Origin: Phycisphaerae bacterium
GTDB lineage: Bacteria; Planctomycetota; Phycisphaerae; UBA1845; Fen-1342
Reading direction: 5' to 3'
Length of the DNA: 64,000 nt
Assembly: GCA_050115495.1 (NCBI GenBank)
Contig: JASFQK010000031.1
Span: 1 to 64,000, forward strand
Each line of letters starts with the position of its first letter. The first letter of the stretch is position 1. The position numbers and the translations under genes were made by a program. Shown here one piece after another: positions 38,285-46,376 of this stretch. The notes under the pieces were generated by a model that was given only the letters and a program-made list of their open reading frames with translations, had not been told where the DNA came from and did no database searches.

Positions 38285-41257
38285 ATGAGTGTCTATTGCA
38301 TTGAGGTATCGCCCCGCGACCGCCAGGGTCGGCCGGTCGCCGACCAGACCGTCCTGGCCCGGCTGCATGAGGCAGGACTGTCGGCGGTCGAACAAGCCCG
38401 GACCGTCCGCCTGTTCTTCGTCGAAGGCGGCCTCACCCGCCGACAGGCCGAGCACATCGCCACCGACCTGCTGACCGACCCGGTCACCGAGTCGGCCGCG
38501 ATCCGCGACGAGCACCAACCGCACGAGCCCGAGGCCGGCGCCGTCGAGATCGAAGTGCACCCCCGCCCCGGCGTGATGGACCCCGTCGCCGAGAGCACGC
38601 TCGCCGAATTGCGGGCCGAGAGCCTGCCGGTCGACGTCGTTCGCACCGGCCGCCGGCACGTTGTGCGCGGGCCGGTTCAGCCGGCGGACGTGCTGGCCAC
38701 GGCGGCCCGCACGCTCGCCAACGACTGCATCGAGCAGACCGTGCTCGGCACCGCCGGCGTGCATCCGGCCCCGAAGCCGCCCGTCTTCCGCTTCGAGCTG
38801 CGGCATGTGTCCATTCGCACCCTGGACGACGGCGGCCTCGAACGGCTCTCGCGCGAAGGACACCTCTTCCTCTCGCTCGACGAGATGCGCACGGTACAGG
38901 CCCACTTCCGCGACCTGGACCGCGACCCGACCGACCTCGAATTGGAGACGCTCGCCCAAACCTGGTCCGAGCACTGCGTGCACAAAACGCTGCGCAGCGC
39001 CATCGCCTATCGCGGCGCCGCCTTCCCCGCCGACGGTTCGCCCAATCCGCAACAGCCGATCGAGCGCCGCTACGGCAACCTGCTGAAGGAGACGATCGCC
39101 CGGGCGACGGAGGAGCTGATCGCCGAAGGCCGCGGCCCCGAGTGCCTCTCCGTCTTCCAGGACAACGCCGGCATCATCCGCTTCGACGATGAATACGGCG
39201 TCGCCTTCAAGGTCGAGACGCACAACCACCCGTCGGCCATCGAGCCCTACGGCGGTGCAGCCACCGGCATCGGCGGGTGCATCCGCGACGTGCTGGGCTG
39301 CGGACTCGGCGCGAAACCGATCGCCAACACCGACATCTTCTGCGTCGCCGGCTCCGACTGGCCGCTCGACCGATTGCCCAAGGGCGTGCTGCATCCGCGC
39401 CGCGTGCTGCGCGGCATCGTCAAGGGCGTCGCCGACTACGGCAACCGCATGGGCATCCCCACGGTCAACGGCGCCGTCTGCTTCGACCCGCGCTACCTGG
39501 GCAACCCGCTCGTCTATTGCGGCTGCGTCGGACTCATACCGGCGGCGATGGTCACGAAGGCCGCCTGCCCGGATGACCTTATCCTGCTCATCGGCGGGCG
39601 CACCGGCCGCGACGGCATTCACGGCGCCACGTTCTCGTCGGCTGAATTGACCGACGCCCACGCCGACGAATTCTCGCACGCCGTGCAGATCGGTAACGCC
39701 ATCACCGAGAAGCGCATCCTCGACGCGATCCTGCGAGCCCGCGACGAGGCCGGCGGCTGTTTGTACAGCGCCATCACCGATTGCGGCGCCGGCGGCCTGA
39801 GCAGCGCCGTCGGCGAGATGGGCGCCGAGATCGGCGCGACCGTCGAACTCGAGCGCGTGCCGCTGAAATACGCCGGTCTGCGCTACGACGAGATCTGGAT
39901 CAGCGAAGCGCAGGAACGCATGGTTCTCGCCGTTCCGCCGGCGAACCTCCCGCGCGTGCTCGAAATCATGCAGGAAGAAGAGGTCGAGGCCACCGTCATC
40001 GGTACGTTCGGCACTGGCGGCGGCGCGCGGCTCATCGTCCGTTACGAAGGTCACATCGTCGGCGACATCGACATGCCCTTCCTGCACGACGGCCTGCCCC
40101 GCAGCGAACGCCGGGCCGAGTGGCAGCCGACCGGTGAGCTCCGTACGCCGCGAGCGCCGACGCCAGCGGACCCCGCCGCATTGCTCGCTGCGCTGCGACA
40201 TGAGCTATCCCGGCCGGTCGTCGCCGTCAAAGAGTGGATCATCCGGCGGTACGATCACGAAGTGCAGGGCGGCAGTGCGGTCAAGCCGCTAGGCGGCCCG
40301 GGCCAGGGACCCGGCGATGCGGCGGTCGTGCGGCCGCGTCTCGATACGCACCGCGCTATCGCCCTCGGCTGCGGTATCACGCCGCAACTTGGCGACGTCG
40401 ATCCGTACTGGATGGCCGTTGCCGCCATCGATGAGGCCGTGCGCAACGTCGTCGCCGTCGGCGGAGATCCGCGGCAAACGGCCATTCTGGACAACTTCTG
40501 CTGGGGCCGGAGCGACGACCCGCAGCAGCTCGGCCGGCTCGTGCGCGCCTGCCAGGCCTGCTACGACGTCGCGAAGGCGTACGGCGTGCCGTTCGTCTCG
40601 GGCAAGGACTCGCTGAACAACGAGTTCGCCCTGGACGAGGCCGACGTCGAACCGCTGCTCGAAACGCTGCGCGCGATCGCCGCCGGCGAGGCCACCGACG
40701 CGGCCCGGCTGCGCGACATTCTGCCCGAGCTCGAAGCGCACATCCGCCGGACGAAACGCCTGGCCATTCCGGCCACGCTGCTGATCAGCGCGATGAGCAT
40801 CGTGCCGGATGCGCGGCGTTGCGTGACGTCCGATCTGAGGACCGCGGGCGATGTGCTCTACCTCGTCGGCGGACTACCGGTCATCGGGATGTCGCTCACC
40901 GCTGCAGCCGCGGTGCACGCCGCCGTGGCCGAGGCGATTCAGCAAGGACTTATCGTCGCCTGTCACGACGTCAGCGACGGTGGCTGGCTGACGGCGGCGG
41001 CGGAAATGGCCATCGCGGGCGATCGAGGATTGCGGCTGACCGACGCACCGGCTAACGAAGATCTGCCGCCGTTCGGTGAGCTCTGCGCCGCGTACGTTGT
41101 GGAGACGGCCCGAGCAGCCGACCTGCGACGGCTGTTCGAATCGCACGGCGTGCGGCTCGTCGAGCTGGGCGAGGTCGTCGCCGGCGGCGAGCTCACCGTC
41201 GGGACGGCGCGCACAAGGGTGCACGAGCTGCGGGCGGCGTGGCGATCGGCGAAGTGA
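38285..41257 (+). CDS. purL: Phosphoribosylformylglycinamidine synthase subunit PurL with N-terminal PurS-like extension
   Basis: AQTWSEHCVHK, DNAG, KVETHNHPSAIEPYGGAATG, RDGIHGATFSS, DCGAGG, SEAQERM, YDHEV, SGKDS, HDVSDGG; no glutaminase domain. Confidence 0.93.
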   Translation: MSVYCIEVSPRDRQGRPVADQTVLARLHEAGLSAVEQARTVRLFFVEGGLTRRQAEHIATDLLTDPVTESAAIRDEHQPHEPEAGAVEIEVHPRPGVMDPVAESTLAELRAESLPVDVVRTGRRHVVRGPVQPADVLATAARTLANDCIEQTVLGTAGVHPAPKPPVFRFELRHVSIRTLDDGGLERLSREGHLFLSLDEMRTVQAHFRDLDRDPTDLELETLAQTWSEHCVHKTLRSAIAYRGAAFPADGSPNPQQPIERRYGNLLKETIARATEELIAEGRGPECLSVFQDNAGIIRFDDEYGVAFKVETHNHPSAIEPYGGAATGIGGCIRDVLGCGLGAKPIANTDIFCVAGSDWPLDRLPKGVLHPRRVLRGIVKGVADYGNRMGIPTVNGAVCFDPRYLGNPLVYCGCVGLIPAAMVTKAACPDDLILLIGGRTGRDGIHGATFSSAELTDAHADEFSHAVQIGNAITEKRILDAILRARDEAGGCLYSAITDCGAGGLSSAVGEMGAEIGATVELERVPLKYAGLRYDEIWISEAQERMVLAVPPANLPRVLEIMQEEEVEATVIGTFGTGGGARLIVRYEGHIVGDIDMPFLHDGLPRSERRAEWQPTGELRTPRAPTPADPAALLAALRHELSRPVVAVKEWIIRRYDHEVQGGSAVKPLGGPGQGPGDAAVVRPRLDTHRAIALGCGITPQLGDVDPYWMAVAAIDEAVRNVVAVGGDPRQTAILDNFCWGRSDDPQQLGRLVRACQACYDVAKAYGVPFVSGKDSLNNEFALDEADVEPLLETLRAIAAGEATDAARLRDILPELEAHIRRTKRLAIPATLLISAMSIVPDARRCVTSDLRTAGDVLYLVGGLPVIGMSLTAAAAVHAAVAEAIQQGLIVACHDVSDGGWLTAAAEMAIAGDRGLRLTDAPANEDLPPFGELCAAYVVETARAADLRRLFESHGVRLVELGEVVAGGELTVGTARTRVHELRAAWRSAK

Positions 41258-41258
41258 G

Positions 41259-41462
41259 TCAGATCAGCGGCGGTTCGTCGTCGGCGTCGGCCGGCGGCGC
41301 GACGTCGTGGCCGGCGGCGCGGCGATCGCGGGCCGCCCATTCCTGGTCGATCCAGTAGAGCAGCGCGACGCCGAGACCGATGGTGAGGAGTGCCCCGCCG
41401 GCTACCCAGAGCTGCTCGTTCAGCGTCGCAGCCAGAAGCGGGAGGCGTTCGATCGGGATCAT
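41259..41462 (-). CDS. Small single-pass membrane protein
   Basis: 67 aa with hydrophobic segment LWVAGGALLTIGLGVALLYWI; fills the gap after purL. Confidence 0.5.
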   Translation of the reverse strand: MIPIERLPLLAATLNEQLWVAGGALLTIGLGVALLYWIDQEWAARDRRAAGHDVAPPADADDEPPLI

Positions 41463-41541
41463 GCGGGTACTTTACCCGCGGGCGAGGTGAAATAGAATGC
41501 GCATGCGGGCGGCTGCCGCCCGTCAGTGAGGATCCCGCTTC

Positions 41542-42099
41542 ATGAATGAGGGCACACCGCCAGCATCTCCCGGAACCGCCGCCGACCGCGCCGCCTGGCG
41601 AGCCATGGCCGAACGCCGCTGGCGCGTCTGGATCAACATCTGCGTCTTCGTCCTGGCCACGGCGCTGATCCTCGTGCTGTCCATGGCGCAGCGGGACCAC
41701 CAGTCGGTGCAGACCTGCTTCGAGCGAATGGATTACATACGGCAACAGCTCGAGGGGTTGCTCGGCAAGGGCGAGGTCGCCCCGCGCCATCTGCCCCTGC
41801 CCGAAGTCGAGCCGCCCCCCAGTGATGCCTCCCTCGATGAGCGCGAGCGGTACGAGGAAGAGGTCTTGAGCCGCCGTGAGCACTACTTCTACAACACACG
41901 CTACGGTGCCGCCGCCGCGACGCCCGACGCACCCACCGGTGTCTGCTGCTGCAAGGCCCCCCACAGGCTGTACCTGCGCGAAGACGGGCGGCACGTTATC
42001 ATCTTTGATGGAGAGCAATACGAGCTCATCTGGCTCACCGAGTCCGAGTTCCGCCGCCGGGAGAAGGCGCTCGGCTTCGACCTGCCCACCGCCCCTTAA
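41542..42099 (+). CDS. Hypothetical membrane-anchored protein
   Basis: TM segment VWINICVFVLATALILVLSMA; GC3-biased codons; upstream of ribF. Confidence 0.65.
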   Translation: MNEGTPPASPGTAADRAAWRAMAERRWRVWINICVFVLATALILVLSMAQRDHQSVQTCFERMDYIRQQLEGLLGKGEVAPRHLPLPEVEPPPSDASLDERERYEEEVLSRREHYFYNTRYGAAAATPDAPTGVCCCKAPHRLYLREDGRHVIIFDGEQYELIWLTESEFRRREKALGFDLPTAP

Positions 42100-42174
42100 G
42101 CGCGGCCCGGGCCCGAACTGCCAGCGACCACTGCGGCCCTACTCGACCTGCGGAGCCTTCGGATCAACGCGCCT

Positions 42175-43146
42175 ATGGAAGTCTGTCACGGCATCGAATC
42201 GTTCACGCCATCCCGTTACGGCGTCACGCTCACCATCGGCAACTTCGATGGCGTTCACCGCGGTCATCAACGCATCATCGAACGCGCCCGGTCGGCCGCG
42301 ACGGCGCTCGGCACGCCCGTCGTCGCCCTGACGTTCGAGCCGCACCCCGCCGCCGTGCTCAGCCCGCAACGGGCCCCCGCCCGGCTGGTCACCGCCGAGG
42401 AGAAGCTGCACCTGCTGGCCGCGTGCGGCGTGGATGCGTGCGTTGTGGCCCGCAGCACGCCGGAGCTGTTCGCCCAGACAGCCGACGCATTCCTCGCCCT
42501 TATCGCCGAACGCTGCCGGCCGCGGGCCATCGTCGAAGGGCCGGACTTCAACTTCGGCCGGGGTCGCGGCGGCTCGGTGCAGACGCTGCGTGATGCCGCC
42601 AGTCGGTACGGCTACGAGGTGCATGTGGTGGAGACGACAGCCTGCCCCGAGTTGGCAGGCGCACCGCCCGTGCGCAGCTCGGCGATCCGTGCCGCGCTGC
42701 GCGAGGGCGGCGCGGACGTGGCCGCCGCCATGCTCGGCCGACCGCACCGCGTAACCGGTATCGTCGGTCACGGGGCCAGCCGCGGTCGCACACTCGGCTT
42801 CCCGACGGCGAATCTCGACGCGATCCCCCAACTCCTGCCGGCGGAAGCAGTGTACGCGGCGGCAGCACAGTTGCTGGACGGATCGTGGCGGCCGGCCGCG
42901 GTCAACGTCGGACCCCAACCCACGTTCGAGCAGTCTCAATCACGCGTCGAGGCGTACCTGCTCGATTGGGATCAGCCGCTCGTGGGACAGAGACTCGGCC
43001 TGCACCTGCTCCGCCGGCTGCGTGGCCAACGCCGGTTCGATGGGCCGCAGGAGCTTATCGAGCAGATCCGCCAGGATGTCACCGAGACCCGGGCGGCGGC
43101 GGCTGAGTTTCTGCGGGTCCCCCCGTCGGTAGTGGCTCCGCTGTAG
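42175..43146 (+). CDS. ribF: Bifunctional riboflavin kinase / FAD synthetase
   Basis: TIGNFDGVHRGHQ, TFEPHP, G.DFNFG, SS.IR, RGRTLGFPTANL, NVG.QPTF, EAYLLD. Confidence 0.95.
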   Translation: MEVCHGIESFTPSRYGVTLTIGNFDGVHRGHQRIIERARSAATALGTPVVALTFEPHPAAVLSPQRAPARLVTAEEKLHLLAACGVDACVVARSTPELFAQTADAFLALIAERCRPRAIVEGPDFNFGRGRGGSVQTLRDAASRYGYEVHVVETTACPELAGAPPVRSSAIRAALREGGADVAAAMLGRPHRVTGIVGHGASRGRTLGFPTANLDAIPQLLPAEAVYAAAAQLLDGSWRPAAVNVGPQPTFEQSQSRVEAYLLDWDQPLVGQRLGLHLLRRLRGQRRFDGPQELIEQIRQDVTETRAAAAEFLRVPPSVVAPL

Positions 43147-43210
43147 GCTGCTTCCCCGCGCTGCGACCGCTCAGCGGCGCCGCGTCCCTCTTCCTTCCTT
43201 TCACGCAAAT

Positions 43211-43242
43211 AAAGAAAGGAGCCGGACTTGCGTCCGGCTCCT
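43211..43242 (-). terminator. Rho-independent terminator
   Basis: AGGAGCCGGAC-ttgc-GTCCGGCTCCT hairpin with an A-rich flank, just downstream of PEP-CTERM gene A. Confidence 0.8.
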
Positions 43243-43275
43243 GTGAGATTCGGGCTTGCGGATCGCTATGAGAGA

Positions 43276-44058
43276 TTAGCGACGACGCAGAGCCAGACCG
43301 GCAAGGCCGAGCAGCAGCAGGCTGGCCGGCTCAGGAACACAGGTGATCGTCAGGTCGGCGACCGACGAGGTGCCCCAGAAGTCGTTGTTCAGGATGGGGT
43401 CATCGCCAGCACCGAACTGGACATAGTCGTCGCCAGGGCCGCCAGTCGCACTGGCAATGCCGCCGGGGCCGACCGCGAAGAACAGCTCGTAGGTCTCGCC
43501 CGCACAGGGATCCGGGCAGGTGAAGGTGACTTCGCCGAGCAGGTAGTAGCCGTAGATCCAGTCGTTGTCCATGACCATCATCGTGTCGAGATCACTGCCG
43601 AGGGCCAGGAACTTGGACGAGGGGACACCAACGCCAACGCCATTGACGTGGTTGTCTTCGAACGGCAGGTAGTAGTCACCGATCGGGTTGACGCCGGGCT
43701 GCGCGGTGTCGGGGAACGGGGAGTTGTCATCCACACTGAGACCGCCGTTCCAGCGATAACGCCAGGCAGCGGGGGCCGTGACAGGGTTCATGTCCGGGTT
43801 GTAGTACATGCCCTCGTAGTCGGCACCGACAAGACCGAGGTCCACACCGAGCCAGGAGTCGCCCATCGAGACGTCAACCTTGGCCCACATGTAGTACGTG
43901 ACGGACTCGCCGCACTGCAGCTCGATGCTGGGATTCGTCACGGCAGGCGCGACGTCGAGCGCATCCGTATCGGAGAAGAACACGCCGAGCGTTGCCTGGG
44001 CGTTGGCGGCGCCACAGACGAAGCCCAAGCAGACCAACGCACACAGAAGCTTCCTCAT
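43276..44058 (-). CDS. PEP-CTERM sorting-domain surface protein (paralog A)
   Basis: Signal peptide MRKLL..AANA; C-terminal VPEPASLLLLGLAGLALRRR; AAAGGA SD. Confidence 0.9.
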   Translation of the reverse strand: MRKLLCALVCLGFVCGAANAQATLGVFFSDTDALDVAPAVTNPSIELQCGESVTYYMWAKVDVSMGDSWLGVDLGLVGADYEGMYYNPDMNPVTAPAAWRYRWNGGLSVDDNSPFPDTAQPGVNPIGDYYLPFEDNHVNGVGVGVPSSKFLALGSDLDTMMVMDNDWIYGYYLLGEVTFTCPDPCAGETYELFFAVGPGGIASATGGPGDDYVQFGAGDDPILNNDFWGTSSVADLTITCVPEPASLLLLGLAGLALRRR

Positions 44059-44166
44059 GGTAATTCCTTTCTCCCTCAAAAAAAGAGCCGTTGCAACCTG
44101 GAGGACTCCTCCTCCAAACCGTTTCTAACGAGGTGGGTGCCGCTCACCCTCACTCTCACGAAGCCG
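44059..44166 (-). promoter_or_regulatory. Conserved structured 5' leader (copy A)
   Basis: Stems GGGTG/CACCC, CGTT/AACG and TGGAG/CTCCA, plus CTCTTTTT..GAGGGAGAAAGGAA, shared with 45272-45378. Confidence 0.55.
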
Positions 44167-44195
44167 ACTATACCGCGTTGGAATATGCAATGCAA
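44167..44195 (-). promoter_or_regulatory. Sigma70-type promoter candidate
   Basis: TTGCAT-N17-TATAGT immediately upstream of the conserved leader. Confidence 0.6.
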
Positions 44196-44399
44196 TGGGA
44201 GTTTCGCGAAAATTCAGTGAACGGCGCTGCCCTTTGAGCCGAGAATGTCCTATAATTACGCGATCAGCAGGCTATCCGACACGAAGTTCGCCCATCCATC
44301 CGGCCGTGCTCCTCGCTGCGTCCATCCCGTCGCCCACGTCCGCCGCGGAGGGTTCTGCGCCCCCCCTGCTTCGCCGGCGCCAGGACGTCACCGCGCACG

Positions 44400-44438
44400 A
44401 AAAAGGCAGGGGCCGGACGAGATCGTCCGGTCCCTGCC
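44400..44438 (-). terminator. Rho-independent terminator
   Basis: GGCAGGGGCCGGACG..CGTCCGGTCCCTGCC long hairpin preceded by A5, downstream of PEP-CTERM gene B. Confidence 0.8.
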
Positions 44439-44482
44439 GTAGATGTCTAGAGCCGCGAATCTCTCGACTCGCAGTGTACCGC

Positions 44483-45271
44483 TTAGCGGCGACGCAGGGC
44501 GAGGCCCGCGATGCCGAGCAGCAGCAGGCTGGCCGGCTCAGGGACGCAGTTGATCGTCAGGTCGGCGACCGACGAGGTTCCCCAGTAGTCGTCGTTCAGG
44601 ATCGGGTCATCGCCAACGCCAAACTGGATGCTGTCGTCGCCAGGGCCGCCAGTCGCACTGGCAATGCCGCCGGGGCCAACGGCCAGGAAGATCTCGTACG
44701 ACTCGCCACCGCACGGATCCGGGCAGGTGAAGGTGGCTTCGCCGAGCAGGTAGTAGCCGTAGATCCAGTCGTTGTCCATGACCATCATCGTGTCGAGGTC
44801 ACTGCCGAGAGCCAGGAACTTGGACGAGGGGACGCCAACGCCAACGCCGTTGACGTGGTTGTCTTCGAACGGCAGGTAGTAGTCGCCGATCGGGTTGACG
44901 CCGGGCTGCGCGGTGTCGGGGAACTCGGAGTTGTCATCCACACTGAGACCGCCGTTCCAGCGATAACGCCAGGCAGCGGGGGCCGTGACAGGGTTCATGT
45001 CCGGGTTGTAGTACATGCCCTCGAAACCGATGGTGTCCACGCCGGAGATACCGAGGTCGACACCCAGCCACGAGTCACCCATCGAGACGTCAACCTTCGC
45101 CCAGATGTACACGGTCTCGGACTCACCGCAGTTCAGCGTGAGCTCCGGGTTCGAGGCGGTCGGCGCCGCGGCGAGATCGTCCGTGGTCGAGAAGAACAGG
45201 CCGAGCTCCGTGGCATTCGCCATCGTCGCAGCCAGGCCAACACACAGAATCGCACAAGCAAGCTTCTTCAT
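44483..45271 (-). CDS. PEP-CTERM sorting-domain surface protein (paralog B)
   Basis: Signal peptide MKKLA..MANA; C-terminal VPEPASLLLLGIAGLALRRR; core nearly identical to paralog A. Confidence 0.9.
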   Translation of the reverse strand: MKKLACAILCVGLAATMANATELGLFFSTTDDLAAAPTASNPELTLNCGESETVYIWAKVDVSMGDSWLGVDLGISGVDTIGFEGMYYNPDMNPVTAPAAWRYRWNGGLSVDDNSEFPDTAQPGVNPIGDYYLPFEDNHVNGVGVGVPSSKFLALGSDLDTMMVMDNDWIYGYYLLGEATFTCPDPCGGESYEIFLAVGPGGIASATGGPGDDSIQFGVGDDPILNDDYWGTSSVADLTINCVPEPASLLLLGIAGLALRRR

Positions 45272-45378
45272 GGTGTTTCCTTTCTCCCTCTAAAAAGAGT
45301 TCCGTCAATTACAATGGAGATATTCTGCTCCACACGTTCTACGAGGTGGGTGCCACACACCCAAGCTCTCACGACGCC
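45272..45378 (-). promoter_or_regulatory. Conserved structured 5' leader (copy B)
   Basis: Same stems as 44059-44166 with different loops. Confidence 0.55.
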
Positions 45379-45589
45379 ATTTTCTATGCCCCTCAAATCG
45401 CCGAAGGCAAACGTGAAAAAGAAAAACCGGACCAAATGGCGGGAAGATCGCCGCGCGGCGACGGCTGATAAGAAATGCTCGCAGTTCTGCGGTGGTTTGC
45501 CCCCCCGCCTCAACCACTCCCGGTACCGGCCAAACGCCCCTGCCGCCGGCTCCCTGGCGTGGCAATCCGATAACGCGAACCCGCCCCGC

Positions 45590-46372
45590 TCAGTCCAAAT
45601 CAAACAGGCTGTTGTCGTCGTCGCGGCCGAACCAGCCCACGTCGCAGGTTCCCGGATCGCCGGGGTACAAGCCACTGCGCCAGGTGAACGTCATCTGCCG
45701 GCGATCGACGTGCCCGTCGGCCCACGCTACGTTCGCCCATCGACGATGTCGGAAATGAACGGACGGATCGGCCCGCGTCCCATACACCGGGAAGTACCGT
45801 GGCTCGGCGAAGCTGTACTCCACGGGTTCGCCGCTGACGAAGGCGCTGTCCGCGAACATCAACGTCGCCTCCGGATGACGGACGGCGTCAACGCGTGCGC
45901 CATGCAGGTCGGTGACGACGCGACACAGCCCGGAGGCGTCACTGTCCAGCTCACGGCCCAGGTAGGCCAGGTTGTACCCGTACCCCCCGCAGTTGCGCTC
46001 GAAGCCTCGCGTGCCGTCCGAGGGCCGGCCGCCAGGCAGGCCCGGACAGGCCCGGATGCGGCCTTCGGGCCCCAAATATGGTGTTAAGGGACCGCCGGCG
46101 CTGGTGAATGGCTCGCTCGGCCGCTGTCGCGTGCCGTGCCAACGATGCAGATTGCGGGTCACGAAGTTGGCCGCGCCAGGGCAGTAACGATACTCATGGT
46201 CGCCGGCGTAGAGGGCGTTGGCCAGGGCGATCTCGCGGAGGTGGGTGCCGCACACGGCCGTCTGCGCCTGCGCCCGGGCGTGTTGCAGCCCGGGCAGCAG
46301 AACGCTCAGCAGTACCGCCAGGATGGCGACGACGACCAGCAGCTCCACGAGACTGAATGCCCGCCGGCGCAC
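45590..46372 (-). CDS. Prepilin-type N-terminal cleavage/methylation protein with H-X9-DG C-terminal motif (DUF1559-like)
   Basis: RRRAFSLVELLVVVAILAVLLSVLLPGL..AR..A....C..HL..I; C-terminal FRHRRWANVAWADGHV; GGAGG SD. Confidence 0.9.
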   Translation of the reverse strand: MRRRAFSLVELLVVVAILAVLLSVLLPGLQHARAQAQTAVCGTHLREIALANALYAGDHEYRYCPGAANFVTRNLHRWHGTRQRPSEPFTSAGGPLTPYLGPEGRIRACPGLPGGRPSDGTRGFERNCGGYGYNLAYLGRELDSDASGLCRVVTDLHGARVDAVRHPEATLMFADSAFVSGEPVEYSFAEPRYFPVYGTRADPSVHFRHRRWANVAWADGHVDRRQMTFTWRSGLYPGDPGTCDVGWFGRDDDNSLFDLD

Positions 46373-46376
46373 GCGT

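Noticed and set aside
37385..40201. 938-aa minus-strand ORF, and similar long ORFs such as 25556-27733, 44195-46087, 56586-58694 and 51976-53895
   Set aside because: Antisense shadows of well-supported genes. High GC3 suppresses stop codons on the opposite strand, and the translations carry no recognisable motifs.
44059..44166. PEP-CTERM leader as a known riboswitch (c-di-GMP, SAM, TPP, T-box)
   Set aside because: The diagnostic conserved motifs of those classes were not found by eye. It is kept only as an unassigned structured leader.
43541..45023. Near-identical repeat pair as a possible diversity-generating retroelement TR/VR
   Set aside because: Both copies are inside intact paralogous genes, the differences are mostly synonymous C/T changes on the coding strand rather than adenine-specific, and no reverse transcriptase is present.
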